Assembly (NCBI RefSeq): GCF_008000775.2
Contig: NZ_CP042905.2
Location: 1,140,001 to 1,172,000 of the forward strand
Length of the DNA: 32,000 bases
Direction of reading: 5' to 3'
Source of the DNA: Promethearchaeum syntrophicum
GTDB lineage: Archaea > Asgardarchaeota > Lokiarchaeia > Sigyniarchaeales > Promethearchaeaceae
Notes under the pieces: model-generated
The model's input: the letters and a program-made list of their open reading frames with translations, nothing else
Databases searched by the model: none
What the model was told of the DNA's origin: nothing
Part shown: positions 8,808-18,112 of the stretch, piece after piece
How positions within the stretch are numbered: position 1 is the stretch's first letter
Layout of the letters: each line of letters starts with the position of its first letter
Made by a program: the position numbers and the translations under genes

Positions 8808-10247
8808 TTATTCCTTTAAAATTTCCATTTTTCGAAGTTTTTCTTTAAATTTCTCGATATCTTGTAATCTTTCTCGTTTTGCTTTTTCGTGCGCCTCTAA
8901 TTCTTTAGGATCGATTTTAAATAAGGTAACCCCTTTTCCGATATTTTTCATCAGTTCTTCTAAAACATCTAGTTTATTTTTAACATTACTTAACTTTTGT
9001 AACCTTTGATTCTTGGCAGTCTCATATTCTTTAAGGTCTTCTTCATTAATTCTACTCAAAGGAATTTCATTAGAAATAGTATTTACTAATTCTTCAGCAA
9101 CATCCAGATGATTCTTAAGAACTTGGATTCTTGATCTCCTTTGGAATCTCTCTGCTTCATATTTTTGTAATTCTTCATTAGAAATATGCTCTAAACTTGG
9201 CGCTTCTTGAATTTCTTTCAAAAGCTGATTTGAAATATCGAACTTTGCTTTTATATTCTCTTTTGTTCTTTTTACCTCTGCTATTCTTTTTAATTTTTCC
9301 TGTTCATATTCCTTTTTATCTTCTTCAGCAATAGGTTTTAATGATACTCCTTTCATCTCAACAAAAAGTTGTTCTACTTTATTTAGTTTTGCTTGGATAC
9401 CAGTTAATTCTTCAAGTTTTTCTGTTTTATTCTTTGAAATTTTCTTTAAGTAATTATCTGCTATTTCAAATTTTTCTAAAAATTCAATTTTCATCTCTTC
9501 TGGTAGATCTGGTTTAATTTCTTTTGCAATCTCCTCAACTAGTTCAATGATAACCTCCATTTTAGTCTTAATTTTGCTAACATCCTTCATACGCCGTTTT
9601 CTATCCTTCGCGAGTTCTTTTAATTCTTTTTCGTCTACGGGATTTAGCTTTAACTCTTTGCTTGAGATTTCTTCTAAAATATTACCAAATTGATTTAAAT
9701 GAAAATTTGCTTCATTTAAAGTTTTTAATCTCTTTTGCTTTTCTTCCTCATATTTTTGTATTTCTTTCTGATCAATTTTTTCAAGTTGTTCAATTGGATT
9801 TTGTGAAATCTCCTCTAAGATTGTTGAGAAAGATTTCAATTTTTCAATTGCGTTTTGTTTTTCTTTCTGATATTTCTTTAGATCATCTTCATCGACTTTT
9901 TTAAGTTGTGGAGCCTGGCTAATCTCTTCTAGGAGAGTTTGAGTGTGATCAACAGTTTCTTTTAATTTTAAGAATTTTTCTCTTCTCTCTTGTTTATACT
10001 TTTCATATTCTCCTTTTTCTTTTAAATCAATTGCTTTTAGTTGTATTTTACCTTCCAATAATTCTTCCATCATATCTTTTGCATTATCGTACAATAGTTT
10101 AACGTCGTCAATCTTCTTCATTCTCTCTTTTCGTTTTTCTTCATAAATTTGCTTCTCATCCGCGTTAATCCCTACTAAATTCACTTTTTTTTCTAATAAT
10201 TCCTTCTGAAGATCCTTTATTTTTTTTTTTTCTTCTTCTTCGACCAT
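8808..10247 (-). CDS. Repetitive coiled-coil protein (479 aa)
   Basis: Degenerate units of about 40-50 aa: LSRINEEDLKEYETAKNQRLQKLSNVKNKLDVLEELMKNI / LFKIDPKELEAHEKAKRERLQDIEKFKEKLRKMEIL / LKKVDEDDLKKYQKEKQNAIEKLKSFSTILEEI. Confidence 0.85.
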   Translation of the reverse strand: MVEEEEKKKIKDLQKELLEKKVNLVGINADEKQIYEEKRKERMKKIDDVKLLYDNAKDMMEELLEGKIQLKAIDLKEKGEYEKYKQERREKFLKLKETVDHTQTLLEEISQAPQLKKVDEDDLKKYQKEKQNAIEKLKSFSTILEEISQNPIEQLEKIDQKEIQKYEEEKQKRLKTLNEANFHLNQFGNILEEISSKELKLNPVDEKELKELAKDRKRRMKDVSKIKTKMEVIIELVEEIAKEIKPDLPEEMKIEFLEKFEIADNYLKKISKNKTEKLEELTGIQAKLNKVEQLFVEMKGVSLKPIAEEDKKEYEQEKLKRIAEVKRTKENIKAKFDISNQLLKEIQEAPSLEHISNEELQKYEAERFQRRSRIQVLKNHLDVAEELVNTISNEIPLSRINEEDLKEYETAKNQRLQKLSNVKNKLDVLEELMKNIGKGVTLFKIDPKELEAHEKAKRERLQDIEKFKEKLRKMEILKE

Positions 10248-10375
10248 TTTTAATTCACATGTTATTTGTTTTAATATGTTTGAAATTTAACCATTTTACC
10301 TTAAAAATAATTCTAATAATGGACAATATAATGGCGGATATTTTGAAAACAGAAATAATTTTTTTAAATCGCGAT

Positions 10376-11101
10376 TTATTCCCAATAATTTGGCTCGTCA
10401 CTATTTAAGGCTTCTGTGCTTCCAGTTTTCATGGTTTCTTCACACACCCCGCAAACGTAGTACTTAAATATCGTCATCACAATATGATTATGATTTATGG
10501 GTTTTTTTTTGTTCAAAATTGAGTAATATTCAATTTCTTCATCCTTGTAGTCTGTAGATACGGGATTTCCGTTAATATCCGTTATTTTCACAATACTTTG
10601 GATTTCTAGATTCCCCATTGAAGATCTAAAAGCGAGATTATCGTCCTCAATTGGTATGTTTTCTAAAATTTTTCCCGCCCAATCAGGAGTAAATTCCCTT
10701 ATATTTTCGGGAATTTTATTATTATTGACATCATCTATAAAATTTTGGAGGTTTTGTTGTAATTCTTTTATTGTAATCCATTCATTCTCTTTCCCATTTT
10801 CTTTTAGAGCAAAATCACTTAATTCATCAATTCTGGGGATAGTTTGAATAATATTTTCTTCGCTGTGATTAATTTGAAAGAGGGTATAGGATTCTGGATA
10901 ATCTTTTGTATCCTCATACAGATCATTTAAAAATTTTTGAAATTCTGTTAATATCATCTTATATTTCTGGTTATAGGTTGCAATTTGGGTTTTTATTTCT
11001 TCTTGGATTGATTTTATATCAAATTGAGCTAAAATTTCTTTTTTAGACCTCCCACAATAATAACAGACTTCCTTTTTAGCTTTTTTGATAATTTCAATCA
11101 T
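10376..11101 (-). CDS. Hypothetical protein with paired CxxC motifs at both termini
   Basis: 241-aa ORF; CYYCGRSKKEI near the N-term and YYVCGVCEETM near the C-term. Confidence 0.7.
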   Translation of the reverse strand: MIEIIKKAKKEVCYYCGRSKKEILAQFDIKSIQEEIKTQIATYNQKYKMILTEFQKFLNDLYEDTKDYPESYTLFQINHSEENIIQTIPRIDELSDFALKENGKENEWITIKELQQNLQNFIDDVNNNKIPENIREFTPDWAGKILENIPIEDDNLAFRSSMGNLEIQSIVKITDINGNPVSTDYKDEEIEYYSILNKKKPINHNHIVMTIFKYYVCGVCEETMKTGSTEALNSDEPNYWE

Positions 11102-11205
11102 TTTAAAATACCAGATTAATTGCTAATATTAACTTTTATTTCTCTTTCCAACGATTTCTAAAATTATGGGTGTTATTTTATACTTTTGTTTAGAATGATA
11201 ATAAA

Positions 11206-11862
11206 TTACACTCTTTTTCCAAATATTGCAGTTCCAATACGAACCATGTTTCCACCTTCCGCAATTGCAACTCTATAATCTCCAGACATTCCCATGCTTA
11301 AAATATCAAGATTATAATCTTTTTTGTATTTATCAAATAATGTTTTCATTTTTTTGAAAAAATTCTTTGAATTTTCATTAAAAGGGGGGATACACATTAA
11401 TCCTCGGAGTTTAAGGTTTTTTAAAGATTTAATATGCTCCACTAAGTCAAAAAGGTTCTCTTGGTTAATTCCGCCTTTGCTTATTTCAGCTCCGATATTT
11501 ATCTCAATTAAAATTGGCATTATTTTTTTTAATTCTGCACATGCATTATTTAACTTTTGTGCAAGTTTGATTGAATCAATTGATTGAATCATGTCAAAAT
11601 ATTGTGCAGCGAGCTTTACTTTATTAGATTGAAGGTGTCCGATGAAATGCCATTTTATCTCCTTCAAATTTTTTAATTTATTAATTTTTGGGATAGCGTC
11701 TTGAATATAATTTTCTCCAAAGTCTCTCTGTCCTAAATTATATGCCTCTTCAATGAGTTCAACTGGTTTTTTCTTGGAAACTGCAACGAGTTTTACATTT
11801 TCGGGAATTTTCAGGTTTTCTATGTTTTTTCCAATATTACTTGGTAAATTTTTATCTTCCAA
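11206..11862 (-). CDS. yggS: YggS/PROSC-family PLP-binding protein
   Basis: VKLVAVSKKKPVELIEEAYNLGQRDFGENYIQDAIPKI...IKWHFIGHLQSNKVK ... LMCIPPFNEN...LSMGMSGDYRVAIAEGGNMVRIGTAIFGKR. Confidence 0.95.
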   Translation of the reverse strand: MEDKNLPSNIGKNIENLKIPENVKLVAVSKKKPVELIEEAYNLGQRDFGENYIQDAIPKINKLKNLKEIKWHFIGHLQSNKVKLAAQYFDMIQSIDSIKLAQKLNNACAELKKIMPILIEINIGAEISKGGINQENLFDLVEHIKSLKNLKLRGLMCIPPFNENSKNFFKKMKTLFDKYKKDYNLDILSMGMSGDYRVAIAEGGNMVRIGTAIFGKRV

Positions 11863-11907
11863 TTACAATCCTATCCATTTTCAGCAATTTATTAAATTCC
11901 ATAGAAG

Positions 11908-12525
11908 TTATTTCTTTTTTTGAAAAAAATAATCCAGAAATCCAAATTTATATTTTGAATCGAGCTCCAATCGATGAATAAATTTCTTCTGTTTTTCTAG
12001 AATATGCACATCTTTTAGCATGATTTCACATTCCTCTTCAGTTAAAAGAGTATGGATAACTTTTTCTCCATCAAAAATTTCAACATATTCACCCGGTGCT
12101 AGTTCTTCTGCACTTTTATGGAGATCGTCATCAATATCTAAAAAATTTATAAACCCAATACCACCAGGTTTAAGAATTCGAATCATTTCATTAACAGCTT
12201 GATGAATTTCTTTTTTAGTCATATGGAAAATAGTATTGTAAGAGTATACAGCATCAAAAGAATTATCTTCAAATGGAATTTCTTTCATATTTGCTTTTTG
12301 CAGGTTAATTTCAATATTATTTTCCTTAGCAAATTGCTTCGCTGACTCTAAGGAATCATCAGAAATATCAATTCCATATAAATCCTTATATCCGTATTTT
12401 GCTAAAAGCCCTAATTTAGGGTATCGCCCCCCTGCACCACAATCAAGGATTTTATTTCCAACTTCTTTCTGTTTTAAAAACCACAAAAAATCATATATTT
12501 CTGTTGTGAATTCATTTCGATTCAT
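11908..12525 (-). CDS. Class I SAM-dependent methyltransferase
   Basis: ILDCGAGGRYPKLGLLAKYGYKDLYGIDISDDSLESAKQFA...NSFDAVYSYNTIFHM...MIRILKPGGIGFINFLD. Confidence 0.88.
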   Translation of the reverse strand: MNRNEFTTEIYDFLWFLKQKEVGNKILDCGAGGRYPKLGLLAKYGYKDLYGIDISDDSLESAKQFAKENNIEINLQKANMKEIPFEDNSFDAVYSYNTIFHMTKKEIHQAVNEMIRILKPGGIGFINFLDIDDDLHKSAEELAPGEYVEIFDGEKVIHTLLTEEECEIMLKDVHILEKQKKFIHRLELDSKYKFGFLDYFFQKKK

Positions 12526-12562
12526 AAATCTAAACCTCTAATAACTCAATTATTAATTTTAA

Positions 12563-13285
12563 TTATAATTTCTTTTGAATTTGCTTTGCTAAATTTAAAT
12601 CATCAAGCGTATCAATTTCCATGCAAAATTCATTTACAATATCCAAAGGGATCAAATTTATTGTATCTGAGATCTCATTAAAAGCATTTTCAGCATAACA
12701 AGAAGTATTATTGTTTTTTACGAATTTCTCAATATTATTCATCCATAATTCAAAGTCTTCTTTAGTCCAATAATAAAGAGGGAGTAGGAATATGGCTTTT
12801 TCTCCAAATACGTCAATTCCAATTTTTGTTATTTTTCCATTTTGGATTAATCCCTTAAAATCCTTTTCAGGTAATGGGGTTGCTCGATCAACGATAGCGG
12901 AACTTTTTTTTTGTTTGACTATTTTTTGAATCACAGATTTTTCAAACACTAAATCTCCATGTAATAGAAGAATATCGTCATCATTGATTTCACTTCTCGC
13001 CAGCCACATTGAATAAATATAATTTGTAGATTCGAATTTTGGATTATTGGGATATATTACATCTAATTCGGGGAATTTTTCGTTTACATGATTAATTATT
13101 TTATCTTGTAAAGGACCAGTGGTGATAATATATTTTTTTACTCCGACTGATAATAATAATTCAATCTGGCGCTGTAAAATCGATTTTCCGTTTATTTCTA
13201 ATAAACATTTTGGCAAATTATCTGTTAAAGGTTTCAATCTGCGCGCTAAACCAGAATTTAAGATTAATGCTTTCATAGGTTTCAT
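12563..13285 (-). CDS. LicC/PntC-like nucleotidyltransferase (candidate phosphonate cytidylyltransferase)
   Basis: KALILNSGLARRLKPLTDNLPKCLLEINGKSILQRQIELL; NPKFESTNYIYSMWLARSEINDDDILLLHGDLVFE; C-term CMEIDTLDDLNLAKQI. Adjacent to pepM/ppd/reductase genes. Confidence 0.82.
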   Translation of the reverse strand: MKPMKALILNSGLARRLKPLTDNLPKCLLEINGKSILQRQIELLLSVGVKKYIITTGPLQDKIINHVNEKFPELDVIYPNNPKFESTNYIYSMWLARSEINDDDILLLHGDLVFEKSVIQKIVKQKKSSAIVDRATPLPEKDFKGLIQNGKITKIGIDVFGEKAIFLLPLYYWTKEDFELWMNNIEKFVKNNNTSCYAENAFNEISDTINLIPLDIVNEFCMEIDTLDDLNLAKQIQKKL

Positions 13286-13300
13286 CTTTGATATTTATCT

Positions 13301-14479
13301 TTATAATAGTGTATGTAAAATTTTCCTTAATTTGTCTTCAGTTAATTTTCTGGGATTGTGCTTCACACGATCGGGAGTAAACCCTTCAGCGATTATCAAT
13401 TCAATTCCTTTCTTATCTATTCCAACTTCATGCAATTTAGTGGGTAAATTAAGAGTTGTCATCAAATTTGTTATCATCTGTGCAGCATTATCAGGTGAAT
13501 CTGCTCCAATCGCATCTGAGATTTTCCTTAACCGATCAGGGGCTTCATCTATGTTATTTTCAGTTTTTTCAGAATTGAATAAAAGAAATTGACTAAGTGT
13601 CAATGCACAAGCTAGTCCATGAGGGACATTGAAATGTAATGTAATTGGATAAGAGACTGAATGAACCGCAGTAGTTTTTGTATTGCTAAATGCTAAACCA
13701 GATAATAAACTTCCAAATGCTAGATTTTTTCGGATGTCAATATTTGAAGGATCTTTGAAAATCTCTTGGAGATTTGAAAATATAATAGGAATTGCTTGCA
13801 AAGCATAAATATCAGAAATCTTATTATGGTTTTTTGACCAATAAGCTTCAATAGCTTGACTGAATGCATCCAATCCCGTAATAACTGACATTTTTTTCGG
13901 TAAACTTTTGACTAGCGTTGGATCAATAATAGCACCTTTTGCATACATCTTAAGGTCAGATAAAGAATACTTTTTTTGCTTTTCTCCCAAATCCCAGACT
14001 GTAGCCCATCGAGTAACTTCAGAACCGGTTCCGGATGTTGTAGGTACTTCTATCAAAGGAATTCCATAATTTTCAAGAGTTTTACCTTCTTTAAGATACA
14101 GATTAATACTCCCTGGATTATTTCCTAATATTGCCATACATTTAGCAGTATCCATGGCGGATCCTCCTCCAATTCCAATTATTAAATTGTAATTCTTATT
14201 CCTGACTAAATTTGCTCCATTATCAATAATCTTTATCGAGGAGAAATATCCTTCTTTTTCAAAAATCTCAACTATAAAACCATCTTTTTCTAATAATTCA
14301 AGAATTTTTTCGGAAATTCCCAAAATATTTAGAAGGTTTTTATCAGTGACAATAAGTATCTTAGCATTTTTTATACTTTTTGTATATTTTTGAACAATCT
14401 CGGAAATATTTAGTAGTGAATTTATTCCAAATAGGACTTCCACCGGATTGTAATAAGTTTTCAATGTCATCTTTATCAA
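13301..14479 (-). CDS. Iron-containing (group III) alcohol dehydrogenase, probable phosphonoacetaldehyde reductase
   Basis: IIGIGGGSAMDTAKCMAILG; PLIEVPTTSGTGSEVTRWATVWD; HFNVPHGLACALTLSQ; operon context with ppd. Confidence 0.88.
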   Translation of the reverse strand: MIKMTLKTYYNPVEVLFGINSLLNISEIVQKYTKSIKNAKILIVTDKNLLNILGISEKILELLEKDGFIVEIFEKEGYFSSIKIIDNGANLVRNKNYNLIIGIGGGSAMDTAKCMAILGNNPGSINLYLKEGKTLENYGIPLIEVPTTSGTGSEVTRWATVWDLGEKQKKYSLSDLKMYAKGAIIDPTLVKSLPKKMSVITGLDAFSQAIEAYWSKNHNKISDIYALQAIPIIFSNLQEIFKDPSNIDIRKNLAFGSLLSGLAFSNTKTTAVHSVSYPITLHFNVPHGLACALTLSQFLLFNSEKTENNIDEAPDRLRKISDAIGADSPDNAAQMITNLMTTLNLPTKLHEVGIDKKGIELIIAEGFTPDRVKHNPRKLTEDKLRKILHTLL

Positions 14480-14503
14480 TTTTCAATTTTTTTTTTTTTT
14501 ACT

Positions 14504-15640
14504 TTAATCTTGAAGAAATTTCATAAAATAGTCTTTATTTTGAATTGGAGTAGTGGTAGGTCTTCCCAAATCATCTCGTGAGCCTTTTTTGACTTTAATA
14601 ATTAACATTGATGGTCCTTTTCCATCTTCCTTGAACATCTTATTTAATGCAATTTTCAATTCTTCTTTATTATTTGCTTGATAAACTGAAGTATAGCCAC
14701 TTCCAAGACAAATTTCTTTGAAATTGATGGTATCTGAGACAGTAGGTTGTCCCCCTGTAGATTCATGAGCATTGTTATCAATTAATATATGGAAAAAGTT
14801 CTCTGGATGATAGTGTCCAATAGTAGTTAGTGCACCAAGCTGCATAATTAATGCGCCATCACCATCTAATACAACAGTTTTTTTCTTTGAATTCAATGCT
14901 ATGCCTAAAGCGATTGAAGAAGTGCATCCCATCGAACCTACTGTGTAGAAATCGCGTGGATTTTCTCCTCTCGCAATTCTTAACTCAAAAATTTCTCGAG
15001 AAGTTTTACCTGTTGTTGAAACAATAACCTCGTCACCAGTGAAGGATTCAATTATTGTTTTTAATGCTTCTTCCCTCGTCATTTCATAAGTAATTTCTTT
15101 TCTTTTTGTACTAGTAAAAGGTTCAATTATGTTTTTTTTTACAATCAAAGCATAGGGTTTTTTATTGTCCTTAAAGAAAATTGAAATTTTTTGTAGTACC
15201 TGCTCAAATTCTGATAGAGTTTCTGGTAAATAACTATAGGGAATTTCTAGTGCTTCTAAAATAGGTATCATAACTCTTCCCATTTTTTTATGTTGAGGTT
15301 CATCCTTCTTACCTGGTTCACCCCTCCATCCAATCATTAATAATATTGGTATAGAATATACTTCAAAATCTGCCAGAGAAGTAATAGGATTGACCGTTTT
15401 TCCAAATCCAGAATTTTGCATATATACAACTCCAACATTTTTTGTTGCTAAATGATAACCTGAAGCAATAGCCACTGCTTCACACTCATTACAAGCAATA
15501 ATATTTTTCAATTCATTTCCATTATTTTCATCTAAATAGGTCATCCACGCTTTAAAAGTTGAATCAGGAACACCCGTAAAGAAAGAAAAATTGTGTTTTT
15601 TAAAACCATTCCAAATTTCATTACAATTCATATTATTCAC
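14504..15640 (-). CDS. ppd: Phosphonopyruvate decarboxylase (TPP enzyme)
   Basis: FFTGVPDSTFKAWMTYLDENN...CNECEAVAIASGYHLATKNVGVVYMQNSGFGKTVNP...GSMGCTSSIALGIAL...VLDGDGALIMQLGALTTIGHYHPENFFHILIDNNAHESTGGQPT. GTG start at 15640 or ATG at 15631. Confidence 0.94.
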   Translation of the reverse strand: MNNMNCNEIWNGFKKHNFSFFTGVPDSTFKAWMTYLDENNGNELKNIIACNECEAVAIASGYHLATKNVGVVYMQNSGFGKTVNPITSLADFEVYSIPILLMIGWRGEPGKKDEPQHKKMGRVMIPILEALEIPYSYLPETLSEFEQVLQKISIFFKDNKKPYALIVKKNIIEPFTSTKRKEITYEMTREEALKTIIESFTGDEVIVSTTGKTSREIFELRIARGENPRDFYTVGSMGCTSSIALGIALNSKKKTVVLDGDGALIMQLGALTTIGHYHPENFFHILIDNNAHESTGGQPTVSDTINFKEICLGSGYTSVYQANNKEELKIALNKMFKEDGKGPSMLIIKVKKGSRDDLGRPTTTPIQNKDYFMKFLQD

Positions 15641-15649
15641 ACCAGCACT

Positions 15650-16945
15650 TCAAATTGGTATTAAATCAAGTATTTCTTTAATCGAGATACAATATTTATC
15701 AGAAGCTTCTTTCGCTCTATGATTTGTTAAAATTGATTTTGCGGTTTTCAGCATATTCGGATATGCACTTCTGAGAAGCTGATTTGCATAAATTACAACT
15801 TTAATTCCTGCACTTATTAATTCTTCTTCAGTAATTTGGGAATATGTGCTTGGAACAACAACTAACGGAACTTTATCTTTTAAATTATTGTAATTTTTAC
15901 AAAAAGTTAGAATCTCATCAGGATTATCTTCTTTACTATGAATCATAATACCATCAGCTCCCGCCTTGATATATGCTTTAGCGCGTTTCAAAGCATCTTC
16001 TTGACCTTGTTTAAGTATAAGACTTTCAATTCGTGCAATAATCATAAAGTCTTTAGTTACTTGGGCTTTTTTTCCTGAATTGATTTTAGTAGAGAAGTTT
16101 TCAATGGTATCTTGACGTTGAACTACATCAGTTCCAAATAGAGAATTTCTCTTCATACCCACTTTATCTTCAATAATAACTGCTGAAATCCCCAATCTTT
16201 CTAAAGTTTTAACGGTATATAAAAAATGTTCAACTAATCCCCCATTGTCTGCATCAACAATCATTGGTTTGGTTGTTACATCGAGAATTTCATTAATTGT
16301 CCTTATTCTTGACGTAATATCGACGCACCCCGTATCCGGTTTACCTTTAGAGGTAGAATCTGTTAAACTACTCTCCCACATCCCATCAAACTCTCTAAAA
16401 GATTCTCCTTCATAAATACCCGTTAATTCCGCAATTCTTCCTGTTAATCCATTATGTGTTTCGAGTATTCTAACAATAGGTTTCATTTGAATAAGTGTTC
16501 TTAGTTTCTTAAGTCGCTTTTCTGGCGTGGTCCCTACTCCAAATTTATCTTTAATTAATTGTCCAGAGTTTAATCCTTCTGTGAATTCTGGTTCAATCAA
16601 ATTTCCATCCCATTCTTTTAAAACTTCTATTACCTGCAATCTAGTATTCTTTAAAGGACCTTCTTTCCAATCATCACCGTGGACTACATATTCTGGTTTG
16701 ATTTTTCTTAAATTCTCACTATAGTCTAAAGAATTCTGGGGGATTATTTCTGATACTCCTTGAATATTTTCAATGACCTCCTTTCTCTGTTGATAATTTA
16801 AAACGGGAAGTCGTTTGTATGTAGCAATCGCTTCATCTGTAAGCAACCCTATTATAACTTGACCGAGTTTCCTTGCTTCTTTAATGATTCGAAGATGTCC
16901 CGGATGTATGAAATCAGCTGAAAGTGCAACATAAACCTTTGTCAT
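15650..16945 (-). CDS. pepM: Bifunctional cytidylyltransferase domain - phosphoenolpyruvate phosphomutase (Fom1-like architecture)
   Basis: N-term VYVALSADFIHPGHLRIIKEARKLGQVIIGLLTDEAIA (HxGH cytidylyltransferase); C-term PepM domain with AVIIEDKVGMKRNSLFG (EDK...NS signature). The track start 16957 is a TTG; ATG at 16945 (MTKVYV) is more likely. Confidence 0.94.
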   Translation of the reverse strand: MTKVYVALSADFIHPGHLRIIKEARKLGQVIIGLLTDEAIATYKRLPVLNYQQRKEVIENIQGVSEIIPQNSLDYSENLRKIKPEYVVHGDDWKEGPLKNTRLQVIEVLKEWDGNLIEPEFTEGLNSGQLIKDKFGVGTTPEKRLKKLRTLIQMKPIVRILETHNGLTGRIAELTGIYEGESFREFDGMWESSLTDSTSKGKPDTGCVDITSRIRTINEILDVTTKPMIVDADNGGLVEHFLYTVKTLERLGISAVIIEDKVGMKRNSLFGTDVVQRQDTIENFSTKINSGKKAQVTKDFMIIARIESLILKQGQEDALKRAKAYIKAGADGIMIHSKEDNPDEILTFCKNYNNLKDKVPLVVVPSTYSQITEEELISAGIKVVIYANQLLRSAYPNMLKTAKSILTNHRAKEASDKYCISIKEILDLIPI

Positions 16946-17033
16946 ATTTTCTATCAAGCAATCATTGAAAAAAAAGTTTCAACATTTATTGCATGGATCA
17001 AAGAATTTTAGGAATGAAAAATGATAGTAATAT

Positions 17034-17990
17034 ATGATTTCCTTTGACGATATTCAAAATGCTTATGAAAGAATTAAAAAAAATGTCAATCACACCCCAA
17101 TTGTAACTTCCAGAACTTTAAATGACATGACTAAAGCTCAAATATCCCTTAAATGTGAAAATATGCAAAGAGTAGGTGCATTCAAATTTAGAGGTGCGTA
17201 TAATGCCTTAAGCCAATTAAGTGAAGAGGAGAAGGAACGAGGTGTAATTACACATTCAAGTGGAAATCATGCTCAAGCTGTAGCTCTCGCATCGAAAATT
17301 CTCGGAATTCAAGCTACAATTGTAATGCCTAACACGTCCCCTTTGTGTAAAGTAAATGCAACAAGAAAAACGTATGAAGCCAATGTTGTATTTTGTCAAA
17401 ATTCTCAAGATTCAAGACGTCAAACAACTGAAAAATTAATCGAAAAAAACAATTATACTCTTATTCATCCATATGATAACGATAATGTAATTGCGGGAGC
17501 TGGAACCGCAGCTTTGGAATTTTTAAATGAAAAACCTAATTTAGATGTGATAATGGCCCCAGTTGGAGGGGGTGGGTTATTATCGGGTTCTTCAATTGCT
17601 GTTAAAGGATTTAATCCAAAAATTATAGTTTATGGAGCAGAACCATTGAATGCCGATGATGCTTATCGGTCATTCAATTCAGGACAAGTTGAAATTAATG
17701 AAGATCCAGATACCATAGCAGATGGATTGCGAACTACTCTCTGTGAAAGGACTTTACAGATAATAAAGGAGAATGTTGATGAAATTTTCTTAGTAAGTGA
17801 ACAAGAAATTATTGAAGCCATGGAGTTTGTGTGGACAAGAATGAAAATTATTATTGAGCCTTCCAGTGCTGTTCCAATTGCTGCAATTCTGTCTGGAAAA
17901 GTGCCCATTGAAAATAAGAAAGTTGGAATTATAATAAGTGGTGGAAATTTTAATTTATCTGAATTTTTTGATGAATTTAAAAAGTTATAA
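17034..17990 (+). CDS. PLP-dependent threonine/serine dehydratase or serine racemase family
   Basis: LKCENMQRVGAFKFRGAYNALSQLSEEEKERGVITHSSGNHAQAVALASKILGIQATIVMP; PVGGGGLLSGSSIAVK; fold-type II. Confidence 0.9.
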   Translation: MISFDDIQNAYERIKKNVNHTPIVTSRTLNDMTKAQISLKCENMQRVGAFKFRGAYNALSQLSEEEKERGVITHSSGNHAQAVALASKILGIQATIVMPNTSPLCKVNATRKTYEANVVFCQNSQDSRRQTTEKLIEKNNYTLIHPYDNDNVIAGAGTAALEFLNEKPNLDVIMAPVGGGGLLSGSSIAVKGFNPKIIVYGAEPLNADDAYRSFNSGQVEINEDPDTIADGLRTTLCERTLQIIKENVDEIFLVSEQEIIEAMEFVWTRMKIIIEPSSAVPIAAILSGKVPIENKKVGIIISGGNFNLSEFFDEFKKL

Positions 17991-18112
17991 AATAGTGAAG
18001 ATCTTTTACAATCTAACTCCTCAATTTCATCATTGAGATTTTTAATTCGAGTTTTTATTTCTCCTTTTTTCCTGAGTTTTAAATATATTTACTCGATAAT
18101 GTTGATAGAGAG

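Noticed and set aside
11206-11862. yggS as part of the phosphonate pathway
   Set aside because: A widespread housekeeping PLP-homeostasis gene; adjacency alone is not enough to assign it to the pathway.
14488-14501. Long poly-T tract as a terminator
   Set aside because: It sits between co-directional minus-strand genes and reads as poly-A in their transcript, so it is unlikely to be a terminator there.
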